Shown here: one piece after another, positions 1 to 9,136 of the stretch
Numbering within the stretch: position 1 is the stretch's first letter
Layout of the letters: each line of letters opens with the position of its first letter
Source of the DNA: an uncultured Leptolinea sp.
GTDB taxonomy: Bacteria; Chloroflexota; Anaerolineae; Anaerolineales; Anaerolineaceae
DNA: 49,640 bases
NCBI GenBank assembly: GCA_964600595.1
Contig: CAZRKL010000002.1
Location: forward strand, 3,111-52,750
Direction: 5' to 3'
The notes under the pieces: model-generated
What the model was told of the DNA's origin: nothing
Databases searched by the model: none
Seen by the model: only the letters and a program-made list of their open reading frames with translations
Translations under genes and position numbers: made by a program

Positions 1-321
1 GCGAAAGAGATTTACGGCGCAGACGGTGTCGATTACACACCTGAAGCGGAAGAACAGATCGGCTCCTATACCCGCCTGGGCTTTGGATCTCTTCCCATTT
101 GCATGGCAAAGACGCACCTATCGCTCACAGCTGATCCAACCATAAAAGGTGTACCCAAAGGGTTTCGCATCACCGTCAGAGAGATTCGCGCTTCGGTCGG
201 GGCAGGTTTTCTCTATCCCCTGCTTGGGAAGATGAGCACCATGCCGGGTCTCCCAACCCGTCCCTCATTTTACGATATAGACCTGGAGATTGAAACCGGA
301 AAAGTATTGGGCTTATTCTAA
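1..321 (+). CDS. fhs: formate--tetrahydrofolate ligase, C-terminal fragment (5' end lies outside the window)
   Basis: Frame 1 is open from nt 1. The translation [55 protein letters not shown]...[14 protein letters not shown] matches the conserved FTHFS C-terminus. Confidence 0.85.
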   Translation, partial: AKEIYGADGVDYTPEAEEQIGSYTRLGFGSLPICMAKTHLSLTADPTIKGVPKGFRITVREIRASVGAGFLYPLLGKMSTMPGLPTRPSFYDIDLEIETGKVLGLF

Positions 322-339
322 TCAGCCCCATCTGAACAA

Positions 340-378
340 AAAGACATCTGAGGTCATTTACTCTCCTCAGATGTCTTT
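340..378. terminator. bidirectional stem-loop between convergent fhs and GNAT genes
   Basis: Perfect 14-bp stem (aaagacatctgagg / cctcagatgtcttt) with an 11-nt loop. A-rich on the 5' side and T-rich (tttgttt) on the 3' side, so it could terminate both strands. Confidence 0.6.
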
Positions 379-395
379 GTTTCAACCAAGAATTG

Positions 396-896
396 CTAAT
401 TCGTTCCTGCAGTTTTACTTCTCCGCTCCATCAAAACCACATCACGCCATTGTTTATTTAGTTTTCCCAGGCGTTCACGTTTCCCTACCAGCCGAAATCC
501 GCTGATCAAATGGAGCCGGATGCTGGCTTCGTTTTCGGATAGAATGGCAGATTGAAGTGTCCAGATGCCATTTGCTTCAGATTCCTGTATCAGGCGTTGC
601 AGCAACTTCTTGCCAATACCTTTTCCCCGCGAAGACTGTGCAACGTAAACACTAACTTCTGTGACACCTGCGTATACATCACGGTTGGATACAGGCGACA
701 ACGCTGCCCAACCCACAATTCCCTGCTGATATTCTTCTGCTATCAGCCGGCAAGTCTTGATATGCATCTTGTCCCAAATTTCCCACTCAGGTGATTGTGT
801 TTCAAAGGTAGCCAGTTCAGTGGCGATCCCTTCTTCATAAATAGATCGGACATTCTGCCAATCTTCAGCTTTCATTTCGCGGATAATCAGGTCCAC
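396..896 (-). CDS. GNAT family N-acetyltransferase (phosphinothricin-acetyltransferase-like)
   Basis: 166-aa ORF. It has a GNAT acetyl-CoA motif (VAQSSRGKGIGKKLLQ) and a PAT-like N-terminus (IREMKAEDWQNVRSIYEEGI). GTG start preceded by GAGGTG. Confidence 0.8.
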   Translation of the reverse strand: MDLIIREMKAEDWQNVRSIYEEGIATELATFETQSPEWEIWDKMHIKTCRLIAEEYQQGIVGWAALSPVSNRDVYAGVTEVSVYVAQSSRGKGIGKKLLQRLIQESEANGIWTLQSAILSENEASIRLHLISGFRLVGKRERLGKLNKQWRDVVLMERRSKTAGTN

Positions 897-918
897 AGAG
901 ACACCTCACATAAATGTC

Positions 919-3723
919 CTAGCGGTTGAGCCATTTTTCCACTACACGCGGTAATTCGATGGATGACCCAATACGGGTGGTGCAGCGAGGAATTGAATCT
1001 AAGAATAGCTTACCATATTTCTTGGTGAGAATACGCTTATCCAGAATAACAACCACACCCCGGTCTGATTTGGTGCGGATCAACCTGCCAAATCCCTGGC
1101 GAAAACGCAGGATGGCTTCGGGCAGGTTGTACTCATTAAATGGATCATCAAATGTCTCACCACGGGCAGCAATAATTGGATCGGATGGAACATCGAATGG
1201 AATCTTGGTGATTGCCAGTACAGAGAGTGCCTGCCCGGGTACATCGATCCCCTCCCAAAAAGAACGGGTTCCCAGCAATACAGATTTTTCATTGCTCTTG
1301 AAACTTTCCAGTAAGCTGGCTGCCGAGGCACCTTCAGCCTGTTCGTATACGGTGATCCCTTTGTCAATTAAAAGTGGACTCAAGTAGGCTGAGGTTTGCT
1401 TCAATTGCGAATAACTGGTGAAAAGGGCAAGCAATCGTCCTTCGGTTGTTTTGCTTAACCGTAACAGGATGTTATTCAACTCCTGTTGATAGCTGGATCC
1501 CATGGTGGGTTCCGGGATGTCATTCACCAGATACAGCATGGCAGCATCTTCATAATCAAAGGGAGATCCTACGGCCAGCTCATCAGCATCCTCCGCTTCG
1601 AGCCTGCCACGGAAATATGAAAAATCACCGGCGGTGGTCAGGGTTGCAGAAGTGACGATGACAGAATTTTTTTGGTTCCAGAGATGCTGCCGCATCAAAG
1701 GTCCAATTTGTAAAGGCGCGGCGTTGAGGCTGATACGGCTGCCAGTATTATTCATCTCTACCCAGTACACCCGGTCGGATGCAGGATTGGACACCAACCC
1801 ATTCAGGTTCACCTGAATTTCAGAAAACCGGCGCAGCAGGGTGCCAATGGACCCCTGTGAATCGGTCAGGTCATCAGAATCAATTTCCTGGTGATCGCCA
1901 ATCCAGGTAAAAATGGCTGTAATCTGGCTGATCATTTGTTTAAGCGATGTATTCAGGTCATCCCATAAAATTTCCACCGCTGACCAATCTGGTTGCGTGC
2001 GGGTACCTGAAGTAATCCGAACCTGCTGGGAATAATTTACCGATCGCCCCGGGTTCTCCTGTATCTTAAGGAACTCTTCGATCTCCTTGAAGAAACCCTG
2101 TAACTGGCGCTGAACACGCGCGGCTGTGTCGGTTGCACCTTTGATTTCTTTTTCCATGTCAGCCAGATCACCCGGTGATACCACCCGATGAATGATATTC
2201 AGGAATCTGCCAAGGACCCCGCTGGAAGAACCCCCCAGCTCTTTCAGGATGCGCTCGATTTCAAGATAGGTAACGCGGAATGCCAGAGCGTTCGTAGTGG
2301 CATCTTCCAGATGGTGACCTTCATCCACAATCAGGTAATGGTATTCTGGCAGCACTCTGCTGCCCGTAGAGATGTCTGCCAGCAGCAGGGCGTGATTAAC
2401 CACAATCAGATGGGCAGATTGGGCTGCCTGATGCGCCTGATAATACGGGCAGGCGCCTCCGGTTCTCTTGATGCAGTTTTCGATCGAGCAGGCTTCATCG
2501 TCTGCTGAGAGTTTATTCCAGGCATCCCGTTCATCCGGACCGGTCAGGCTGATCTCCGTCCGGTCGCCGCTGCCACCCCGGCTCAGCCAGACCAACACCT
2601 TGGCGAGCACACGCATCTCTTCCAGTGATTCTGGCGGGCGCAAACGTGATGCTTCCAGACGCCGCGGGCAAAGGTAATTATTCTTTCCTTTTAATACACA
2701 TGCCTGTAGATCAAGACCCAATGCTTCCTTCAGGTCAGGAATATCTTTCTTAATTAATTGTTCCTGCAGGTTGATGGTATTGGTGGAAATAACCACCCGG
2801 GCGTTATTCTGCATCGCCCAGAAAGCGGCGGGTATCAGATACCCGTAAGATTTTCCAGTTCCAGTGGCTGCTTCCACAAGCAGATGCGCGCCAATATTAA
2901 AGGAATCTGCTACCTTGCGGAGCATCTCCACCTGCTGGGAGCGGTATTCAAAACCAGAAAAATGTTTCTGGAACGAACCGCCATTTTCAAGATGCGAAGC
3001 GATCAGTTCTATATCCAACGGCTGCATCTCATCACGCGGTTTAAGCGGTGCTTTGTATGAAGAAATCGCGAACAAACCTTCACTCGAACCGCTGCTCTTT
3101 TTGGGCAGGATCCCCTGACGTGCTTTGCGCCGGAAAGCCCACTCCATTGGTAGACGCGCGCCCCACTCAAATGGCTCGCTCAGACGAAGAATTTCTGACA
3201 ATAATTCTCCCGATAGCCCATACTCCGGATCAAGCATCTTGTTAAGCAATTTAAGGTAAACCTGAGCCGTCAGACGCGCATCGGTCAGGGCGCTGTGCAA
3301 ATCATCCGGCACCTCAATTCCCAATTCCATTGCCAGAGCACCGAGATTGTACCTTCGCGCATCTGGCAGGAGAATGGATGCCATCTCAAATGTGTCGATC
3401 CATTGGTGATCAAAAAATATACCGGCTTTTCGTAAAAAGCCCAGATCGAATTTAACATTCTGACCGAGTATGGGGGATTCTTCAACAAAAACCACCAACT
3501 CCGGCGCAAGCGCTTTCAAAGTGGGAGCATCCACGACATTCTCATTCTTGATCCCGGTCAGCTGGGTTATGAAAGGCGGAATCTGTCTGCCGGGATTGAC
3601 ATACGACTTCCACTCGTCCTGGATTCCATCTTCATTAAAGCGCACGGCGCCAATCTCAATTATGGCGTCGCGGCGTGGATCCAGACCGGTGGTTTCAACA
3701 TCTATTGCAACGATGGAAGGCAT
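919..3723 (-). CDS. dinG: bifunctional DnaQ-like 3'-5' exonuclease / DinG-family ATP-dependent helicase
   Basis: 934 aa. N-terminal DEDD exonuclease motif (VAIDVETTGL). Walker A (EAATGTGKS) and a DEGH box (IVDEGHHLE). Four Cys typical of the XPD/DinG Fe-S domain (NYLCP...CSIENC...GGACPYY). C-terminal helicase motifs (GTRSFWEGIDVPG). Confidence 0.85.
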   Translation of the reverse strand: MPSIVAIDVETTGLDPRRDAIIEIGAVRFNEDGIQDEWKSYVNPGRQIPPFITQLTGIKNENVVDAPTLKALAPELVVFVEESPILGQNVKFDLGFLRKAGIFFDHQWIDTFEMASILLPDARRYNLGALAMELGIEVPDDLHSALTDARLTAQVYLKLLNKMLDPEYGLSGELLSEILRLSEPFEWGARLPMEWAFRRKARQGILPKKSSGSSEGLFAISSYKAPLKPRDEMQPLDIELIASHLENGGSFQKHFSGFEYRSQQVEMLRKVADSFNIGAHLLVEAATGTGKSYGYLIPAAFWAMQNNARVVISTNTINLQEQLIKKDIPDLKEALGLDLQACVLKGKNNYLCPRRLEASRLRPPESLEEMRVLAKVLVWLSRGGSGDRTEISLTGPDERDAWNKLSADDEACSIENCIKRTGGACPYYQAHQAAQSAHLIVVNHALLLADISTGSRVLPEYHYLIVDEGHHLEDATTNALAFRVTYLEIERILKELGGSSSGVLGRFLNIIHRVVSPGDLADMEKEIKGATDTAARVQRQLQGFFKEIEEFLKIQENPGRSVNYSQQVRITSGTRTQPDWSAVEILWDDLNTSLKQMISQITAIFTWIGDHQEIDSDDLTDSQGSIGTLLRRFSEIQVNLNGLVSNPASDRVYWVEMNNTGSRISLNAAPLQIGPLMRQHLWNQKNSVIVTSATLTTAGDFSYFRGRLEAEDADELAVGSPFDYEDAAMLYLVNDIPEPTMGSSYQQELNNILLRLSKTTEGRLLALFTSYSQLKQTSAYLSPLLIDKGITVYEQAEGASAASLLESFKSNEKSVLLGTRSFWEGIDVPGQALSVLAITKIPFDVPSDPIIAARGETFDDPFNEYNLPEAILRFRQGFGRLIRTKSDRGVVVILDKRILTKKYGKLFLDSIPRCTTRIGSSIELPRVVEKWLNR

Positions 3724-3730
3724 GCGTTGA

Positions 3731-3768
3731 TTATACCAGCGGGCGGCTCCTGCCGCCCGCTGGTATAA
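3731..3768 (-). terminator. 17-bp perfect GC-rich stem-loop downstream of the VIT-vWA gene; its 3' arm forms an extended -10 (TGGTATAAT) for dinG
   Basis: ttataccagcgggcggc-tcct-gccgcccgctggtataa. There is no U-tract on the minus strand, so it is not a canonical intrinsic terminator. See the finding on a possible leaderless dinG. Confidence 0.45.
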
Positions 3769-3798
3769 GAAATTTAGGATATCTCACGTGAATTGTGA

Positions 3799-5991
3799 TT
3801 ACTCAATCACCTCAAACACCTGAACTCCACTTAAAATAATCACTCTGGGTCCCAGCGCCAGTCCGGCAGCCAGGTCTGCATCAGATTTTACCAACCTGAA
3901 GTATTCGTTAGAGAGGAATTTTATCTGCACCGGCTTATCTTCATCCGGGTCATAGCGGGTATCAATCCAGACACCGTCTTTTAGGACGAAAGTGCGTGAG
4001 CCCGCGGATTTTACCAGATCCAACACCGTTGGATCTTCTGTACCACCGCCACCACCTCCGCGTCCGTAAGCCCCACTCAAATTTTCGGCGGCACTCATAG
4101 CACCGGCATCCGCTGCCTTGTTCACCGCGCCAGCGCCACTCACCATTGTTGGCATGGCTGCCTGAACCGAAAACTCCTGTTCGGCAATTCGTTGTTGCGC
4201 TTCCTCACCCAGGGCATCTGGTTCAGTAACCAGGTATGAAGTGTAAGGAGTGACTATACCAAACCGGATTGATAAAGCAACGATTTGCGCTATTGTTTCC
4301 TTATCCGCGCCCTGCATCCGCACCTGGTTCAAGAGATTCCCAATCTTCCGGGCTGCCCAAATTCGCGAGAGATACGAAAGCTGTTCCGCTTCCGGCTCTG
4401 ACCCATCAGAGAAAATCACACCATCCACAACCTTTTCATAGGGGGTGTTGCCTTTCAAAGCGGTCAGTTTGATTTGCGCTGCGCCGGAGTTCCGGTATCT
4501 GCCGGTAATGATCAATTGTGACCCATAGAAAAGATCTGGCAGGGGAACCGGCTGAACATCATAGATGCCCGCTCCCTGCACCACCATGTTCAAATCTGTT
4601 AGAACCGGCGCGCTGATCTTTTGGTAAAAAGATGATATCGCCTCTTCAGCATCCTCACCCGGTCGGACATATGTGCTGCCGCCGTGATGATCCGATGCTA
4701 ATTGGTCGAGAAGGAATGTATCCACATCATACCCGACACCGAATGCAAACAGGCGGATGGATCTACCGGCGCTTTCCTGCACATTCTCCAGGATGCGGCT
4801 GGAATTGATCTCGCCGGTGGTCGGCAACCCATCTGTGAGAAAGATGACATAAGTCGGACGAGAGCCAGAATCCATTTTCAAACCGGTGAGGAGGGCATCC
4901 TGAATGTTTGTTGACCCACCCGGAGACACCCCATCCAGCCAGGCTTCTGCCATGGTGCGATTCTCAACCGGCTGCAAATAGGGGGCGAAAGTCTCGACAC
5001 CGGAAGAGAAAGTAACAATATTGAAATAATCATTCGGATTTAGGTGCTGGAGGATAAACCTGGCTGCCGAAATGGCTTGCCTGAATTTCTCCCCTTCCAT
5101 GCTGCCAGAGTGATCCAAAACCAATATCAAATTCTTGGGAAGGACATCCTCATCCAAAGCAACAGGCGGCGTGATCATCATCATAAAGTATCCATCTGGA
5201 TCGGCTGAATCGTTAAGGTTCCGATAAGTTAAGAGATGTATTCCCTCTTCTGTTCCCACCGAGTAATAGAGCAGAAAATCCTGATCCGGTTTTACCTGAG
5301 ATTCCTCATAGCTTGCCGTCCATTGATTGGGGTTTTTACTTGTTGCGCGGACGGGGTGTGAAGGGGAGTAAACATTGAGCACCGGGCTGGGAGACGTGAT
5401 CTCCACGGTGACCGATACACTCTCCAGCGGTTGATTGGAGAATTTCTCTGTATTCAGCGGATAGCGGTAGGCGACCAGCCCGTTTTCGGCAGTGAGCGCT
5501 TCGGTGTATTCCAGTTCAATGCGGCGTTCTTCTCCTGGCGCAATGGGGAAAATGCGAGCCATCACCGCGCCCCGGTCTGCATATTCAAGCAGCGCAGGAT
5601 CACGAAGTTCTCTTACAATTTGCTCGTATTCAGCGCGGGCGGCGTCGGCATCCAACACCCTGCCTTCCACGGGTTTTCCATCCACCCAGAGTTTGAAATT
5701 CGTAACCACCGCGCCGCGTGGAATTGGAAAAGTGTAAACGCCTTCCACGACCCAGTCGTTGGTGTTTTCGAAAACCTGATCCACCCGGGTTACAGCCACC
5801 TGGTCATTGATTTGAACAGAGACATGATGGTACTTAATATTCAAGGGTGTCATGTGCCAGGGCGGGCAGGGTTGCGGCCAGCACGCTGGCGGATCGGGGA
5901 TGATAATCCCATCCGCAGAAACACTGCTCAGGGGTAGAAATGCAGCAATCAAAACAAAAAATATGGTAAAGATCCAGGTTCTTCGCATCAT
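3799..5991 (-). CDS. secreted VIT domain / von Willebrand factor type A domain protein
   Basis: N-terminal signal-like helix (RRTWIFTIFFVLIAAFLPLSSVSA). VIT-like region (VSVQINDQVAVTRVDQVFEN). vWA MIDAS motif (LVLDHSGSM...GGSTNI...FLTDGLPT). ATG at 5991 sits behind GGAGGAGG; the ORF track begins at GTG 6003. Confidence 0.8.
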   Translation of the reverse strand: MMRRTWIFTIFFVLIAAFLPLSSVSADGIIIPDPPACWPQPCPPWHMTPLNIKYHHVSVQINDQVAVTRVDQVFENTNDWVVEGVYTFPIPRGAVVTNFKLWVDGKPVEGRVLDADAARAEYEQIVRELRDPALLEYADRGAVMARIFPIAPGEERRIELEYTEALTAENGLVAYRYPLNTEKFSNQPLESVSVTVEITSPSPVLNVYSPSHPVRATSKNPNQWTASYEESQVKPDQDFLLYYSVGTEEGIHLLTYRNLNDSADPDGYFMMMITPPVALDEDVLPKNLILVLDHSGSMEGEKFRQAISAARFILQHLNPNDYFNIVTFSSGVETFAPYLQPVENRTMAEAWLDGVSPGGSTNIQDALLTGLKMDSGSRPTYVIFLTDGLPTTGEINSSRILENVQESAGRSIRLFAFGVGYDVDTFLLDQLASDHHGGSTYVRPGEDAEEAISSFYQKISAPVLTDLNMVVQGAGIYDVQPVPLPDLFYGSQLIITGRYRNSGAAQIKLTALKGNTPYEKVVDGVIFSDGSEPEAEQLSYLSRIWAARKIGNLLNQVRMQGADKETIAQIVALSIRFGIVTPYTSYLVTEPDALGEEAQQRIAEQEFSVQAAMPTMVSGAGAVNKAADAGAMSAAENLSGAYGRGGGGGGTEDPTVLDLVKSAGSRTFVLKDGVWIDTRYDPDEDKPVQIKFLSNEYFRLVKSDADLAAGLALGPRVIILSGVQVFEVIE

Positions 5992-6018
5992 ATCCTCCTC
6001 CACTCATGTAACCTATAC

Positions 6019-6053
6019 ACAAAACGAAAACCCGGGGAGTTTTGTTCCCCGGG
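6019..6053 (-). terminator. rho-independent terminator after the TPR gene
   Basis: Minus-strand RNA reads CCCGGGGA-acaaaac-UCCCCGGG followed by UUUUCGUUUUGUGU (8-bp GC stem plus U-tract), 29 nt past the stop at 6082. Confidence 0.7.
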
Positions 6054-6081
6054 CATGGAATGGCTAAAGAGTGAATGAAGA

Positions 6082-6588
6082 CTACTGGCGGTTCTGGTTT
6101 TCTTCCAACGCCTGCGCAGCCAGGTGATATTCGGGAACCAGCTCCAGAACACGTTGATAAATCAACGCGGATTTCTCAAAGTCACCGGTTGCGTCGAGGC
6201 AGCGGCCCAGCATATAAAGCGCATCCGGGTCTTGCGGGCGGAGCTCAAGGAATTTCACCAGCATGTTCATGCCTTCCACTACCTTCTCCTCTTGCGGCAG
6301 CAATGACTGGATGAGGTTTTTTACCAGGTGCGGGTTTTCAGGATCATGCTCCAGCCCGGAGCGCAGGGCAGCTTCTGCCGATTGATTCTCTCCCACCAAC
6401 AGGTACGCCACACCCAGGTTGTTCCATGCTTCGATGTGTTCAGGCACCATGCTGGTTACAATCAGGAGTGATTTAATGGCATCGCGGTAGTTCTGCTTCT
6501 GCATCGCTTTTCCCGCCTGGACGAGGACTTCATCCAAATTGACTTCTTTGATCTCATCCACAGGAGGTGTTGTTTTCTTTTTAGTCAT
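6082..6588 (-). CDS. tetratricopeptide-repeat protein
   Basis: TPR-like repeats (AWNNLGVAYLLVGENQSAEAALRSGLEHDP; ALYMLGRCLDATGDFEKSALIYQRVLELVP). ATG at 6588 follows AGAGGAAA; the track start at 6621 lacks an RBS. Confidence 0.7.
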   Translation of the reverse strand: MTKKKTTPPVDEIKEVNLDEVLVQAGKAMQKQNYRDAIKSLLIVTSMVPEHIEAWNNLGVAYLLVGENQSAEAALRSGLEHDPENPHLVKNLIQSLLPQEEKVVEGMNMLVKFLELRPQDPDALYMLGRCLDATGDFEKSALIYQRVLELVPEYHLAAQALEENQNRQ

Positions 6589-6626
6589 AGGTTTCCTCTT
6601 TTGTACCTCAATTTTACACATTTTTA

Positions 6627-8612
6627 CTATGGTTTCAGCATGTCATCCAGAATGCTTTTTACCTCGGCATCCTCTGGATGAAAACGGGAATAAGCAATAT
6701 AAGCACGCATTGAATATGCCAGGTCCAAATTTGCCTGCCATTCAGAGCCCTTTTCTTTTAATACATCCACCGGATTCTTCCCCAGATGCCGGGCAAGATG
6801 TTCCAGATTTGCCTGGAAATTTGGATTGGACGATTCCAGCAGAAATGCCCGGGCAGCATAATCAAGGGCTTTTTCATGGTTCCCCTGACGTGCCGCAATA
6901 AATGAGCGGATGCTCGCCTCAATGGGGTGATCTGCCTCAATCCTGCGTGCCATATCGAGCATATACTCGGCGTAATTATCGTGTCCTGATTGTGTCTGGC
7001 AGGTAGCCAGATCAAGTAGATCTGTAAACTCAAGCCCTGTTTTTGATGCTGCATTCAGTATTTCTTCAATTGCTTTGGACCATTGCTGGCTGGCAATCAG
7101 CATCTTTGCACGGGCACGAATAAGTTTGACATCATCCAGCAAGACATCTTGAGATTCTTTCAAGAACTTTTCGGGGTCGTTTTGTTCTAACAAGTGATGC
7201 AATTCGTTTTTTCGTTTAGCATCAAGTTTACGGTGATTAGGGAACTCAATTTGTGAATAATAATGCTTTGCCCTGCTTAGATCACCCAGAAGAACAGACA
7301 CCTCCACCAGTCTCCAGCGAATATTCTGAAGATTATAGATTGTTGGAGGGAGCATATCTTCAATCATATGCGTGGCTCTCCGTTCCTGAGCAATTGTCAG
7401 GATGAATAATGCTTCATCCAAGTCCTGTAATTCGTATAAAGCCAGCTCACCCGCAAATTGGAGCAAATGCGAATCAAAAGGAAAATCAATTACCAATCCA
7501 CGTACAATCCTCGCTACTTGTTCTCGATTCTTGCGTTGGAATTCACGATTCGCCAGATATAGATAAGCAGCGGCATGGTACTTGATAATGGGGGTATCAT
7601 CCGGCACATCAAAAACAATTTTTTCAAGGGCATTTAGAGCATTTTCTGGATCTGTATGACCCTGGCTGTTTAGTTTAATAAACTGCAAATACAGATCATC
7701 AGGGTTTTTTGCAAGTGCTTTCTCACAGATCGCAATATTTCTGGCTAATTTCTTATCGAGCTGATCAGCCTCAATATGATAACCTGTGTGAATAAACTTG
7801 ATGTTTGTTATCGCCTGGGTCAATCTCAATTTCGTTGCCGATGGTCCCACCGTTTCGTGCATGGGATACGTGTACTGGACGCCTAAATGATTACGGATTA
7901 AGCGGACATTTTCAACAATATTTTCTTTCCCATCAGGCATCAGACTGCAGGTCGGGCAGATATATATATCAGCGTTTCCACTATTTATTGCCTGCAGCAA
8001 CTTGGGTTTTTCAGAATCCTCAATATATTCATCCGCATCTGTTCTGAGAATCCAATCACAGGTCGCAAACTGCAGGCTGTAATTACGCGCTGCAGAAAAA
8101 TCATCGATCCAGGGAAAGTATTCCACCCTCGCCCCAAAGGATTTGGCAATTGCCACCGTGTCATCTGTAGAGCCGGTATCCACAACGATGATTTCGTCAA
8201 CCAGATCCTGATAAGATTTTAGACACTCAGGCAGGTTCTCTGATTCATTTTTGACGATCATTACGAGAGAGATCGTTTGCTTCTTCTTTGGTTTTATTTT
8301 TCCGTCGTACATGACGATAACAGAATTACTATTCACCTCACGGATCAGGTTTTCTAGTTCCTGATAGGCTTTCATATCTCCTGGAGAAAAGTAGATGGCT
8401 TTTAAGTACAGGTATCTTGCCTCGCGTAATTTACCTTGGCTAACTTTACATTTCGCGGCAAGATGAAATACCTCAGCATTGGGCAAATCCGCATCCAGGT
8501 ATGTCTGGAGTGTAGTCAGAGCTTCACTATAGGCAGCCTCTCTTAATAAAGCCTTTGCCTCACGAATTGCGTTTTGGATGGATGGGTTGGATTTTTGGAT
8601 GCTTTGATTCAT
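6627..8612 (-). CDS. family-2 glycosyltransferase flanked by TPR repeats (TPR-GT2-TPR)
   Basis: GT2 core: ISLVMIVKNESENLPECL...EIIVVDTGSTDDT...WIDDFSAARN...RTDADEY (DxD). TPR-like helices lie on both sides. The start is uncertain (ATG 8612 versus GTG 8714). Confidence 0.75.
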   Translation of the reverse strand: MNQSIQKSNPSIQNAIREAKALLREAAYSEALTTLQTYLDADLPNAEVFHLAAKCKVSQGKLREARYLYLKAIYFSPGDMKAYQELENLIREVNSNSVIVMYDGKIKPKKKQTISLVMIVKNESENLPECLKSYQDLVDEIIVVDTGSTDDTVAIAKSFGARVEYFPWIDDFSAARNYSLQFATCDWILRTDADEYIEDSEKPKLLQAINSGNADIYICPTCSLMPDGKENIVENVRLIRNHLGVQYTYPMHETVGPSATKLRLTQAITNIKFIHTGYHIEADQLDKKLARNIAICEKALAKNPDDLYLQFIKLNSQGHTDPENALNALEKIVFDVPDDTPIIKYHAAAYLYLANREFQRKNREQVARIVRGLVIDFPFDSHLLQFAGELALYELQDLDEALFILTIAQERRATHMIEDMLPPTIYNLQNIRWRLVEVSVLLGDLSRAKHYYSQIEFPNHRKLDAKRKNELHHLLEQNDPEKFLKESQDVLLDDVKLIRARAKMLIASQQWSKAIEEILNAASKTGLEFTDLLDLATCQTQSGHDNYAEYMLDMARRIEADHPIEASIRSFIAARQGNHEKALDYAARAFLLESSNPNFQANLEHLARHLGKNPVDVLKEKGSEWQANLDLAYSMRAYIAYSRFHPEDAEVKSILDDMLKP

Positions 8613-9096
8613 TCGGTAAAATATCACTTTCGTGTGCCAGTTTACAACAATTACCAGTATAGAAAGTTGGATCAAATTATCCAGTAAAGTAGAGCTGAAA
8701 GCAGCATTAACCACGCGTAAAGAAAAAACAGGATTACTGAATTCGATATCTCCTCCTTTCCAGGGAAAGACAGCAATATTAATACAAATATTCCATTCAA
8801 GTTATTTGAAGTATTTGTGCCAGATCGATTATCAAGATATCTAAATATCCACATTCTTTACCCATAAATATTTACGCAATTTTTATGCACCTAAAGACTT
8901 AAGAATCCTTCAGGCGAGACGACAACAGAATAAGACAAAACAGACCTAATGGAAAACCAGTTGAGGAGGTTGTTATCGAAAGAAAATAACAAATACAGCA
9001 GGAAGTCCACCATCGGTCGGTGACGTTGGGAAAAGGGCAAAACCCGGCGCACAAAAAATCTCAAAGATGCCTACGAAAACATTTTTCATAAACCAA

Positions 9097-9130
9097 GGGG
9101 AAGGATCCCCGCCAAACACAAACATGGAGG
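9097..9130 (+). promoter_or_regulatory. putative CsrA-binding sites in the fliC leader (GGA hairpin plus GGA within the SD)
   Basis: GGGGA-AGGA-TCCCC hairpin (9097-9110) presents GGA in its loop. The SD GGAGG lies at 9126-9130, 6 nt before ATG 9137. The two GGA motifs are 23 nt apart. Confidence 0.45.
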
Positions 9131-9136
9131 TTTGAA

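Noticed and set aside
8613-8714. N-terminal extensions in the ORF track: GT 8613-8714, flbD 44895-44912, fliO 41001-41042, flgM 29727-29747, VIT-vWA 5992-6003, TPR 6589-6621, fliH 16734-16748, fliS 12718-12738, SLT 19398-19403 and flhB-like 25294-25299.
   Set aside because: Internal starts have proper SD spacing or abut the upstream stop. The extensions use alternative codons without an RBS or overlap the upstream gene. The GT start remains genuinely uncertain.
8718-8749. TAAAGAAA ... TTCGATAT considered as a sigma-28 promoter for fliC.
   Set aside because: The two elements are about 5 nt too far apart: 16 nt between the 8-mers instead of 11. A promoter here would also imply a ~380-nt leader. 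A second candidate at 8892-8920 (TAAAGACT-N13-GGCGAGAC) also has wrong spacing and a poor -10.
8964-9023. A strong SD-like GAGGAGG in the fliC upstream region, followed by a 17-codon frame starting at TTG 8970.
   Set aside because: The TTG directly abuts the SD with no spacing. The ORF is tiny and has no supporting features. The GGA motifs are better explained as part of the leader or as chance.
8715-9136. The 422-bp GGA-rich intergenic region considered as a CsrB-like decoy sRNA.
   Set aside because: Six GGA motifs in ~190 nt is not clearly above expectation. There are no repeated hairpin units and no terminator before fliC. A long fliC leader or promoter region is the simpler reading.
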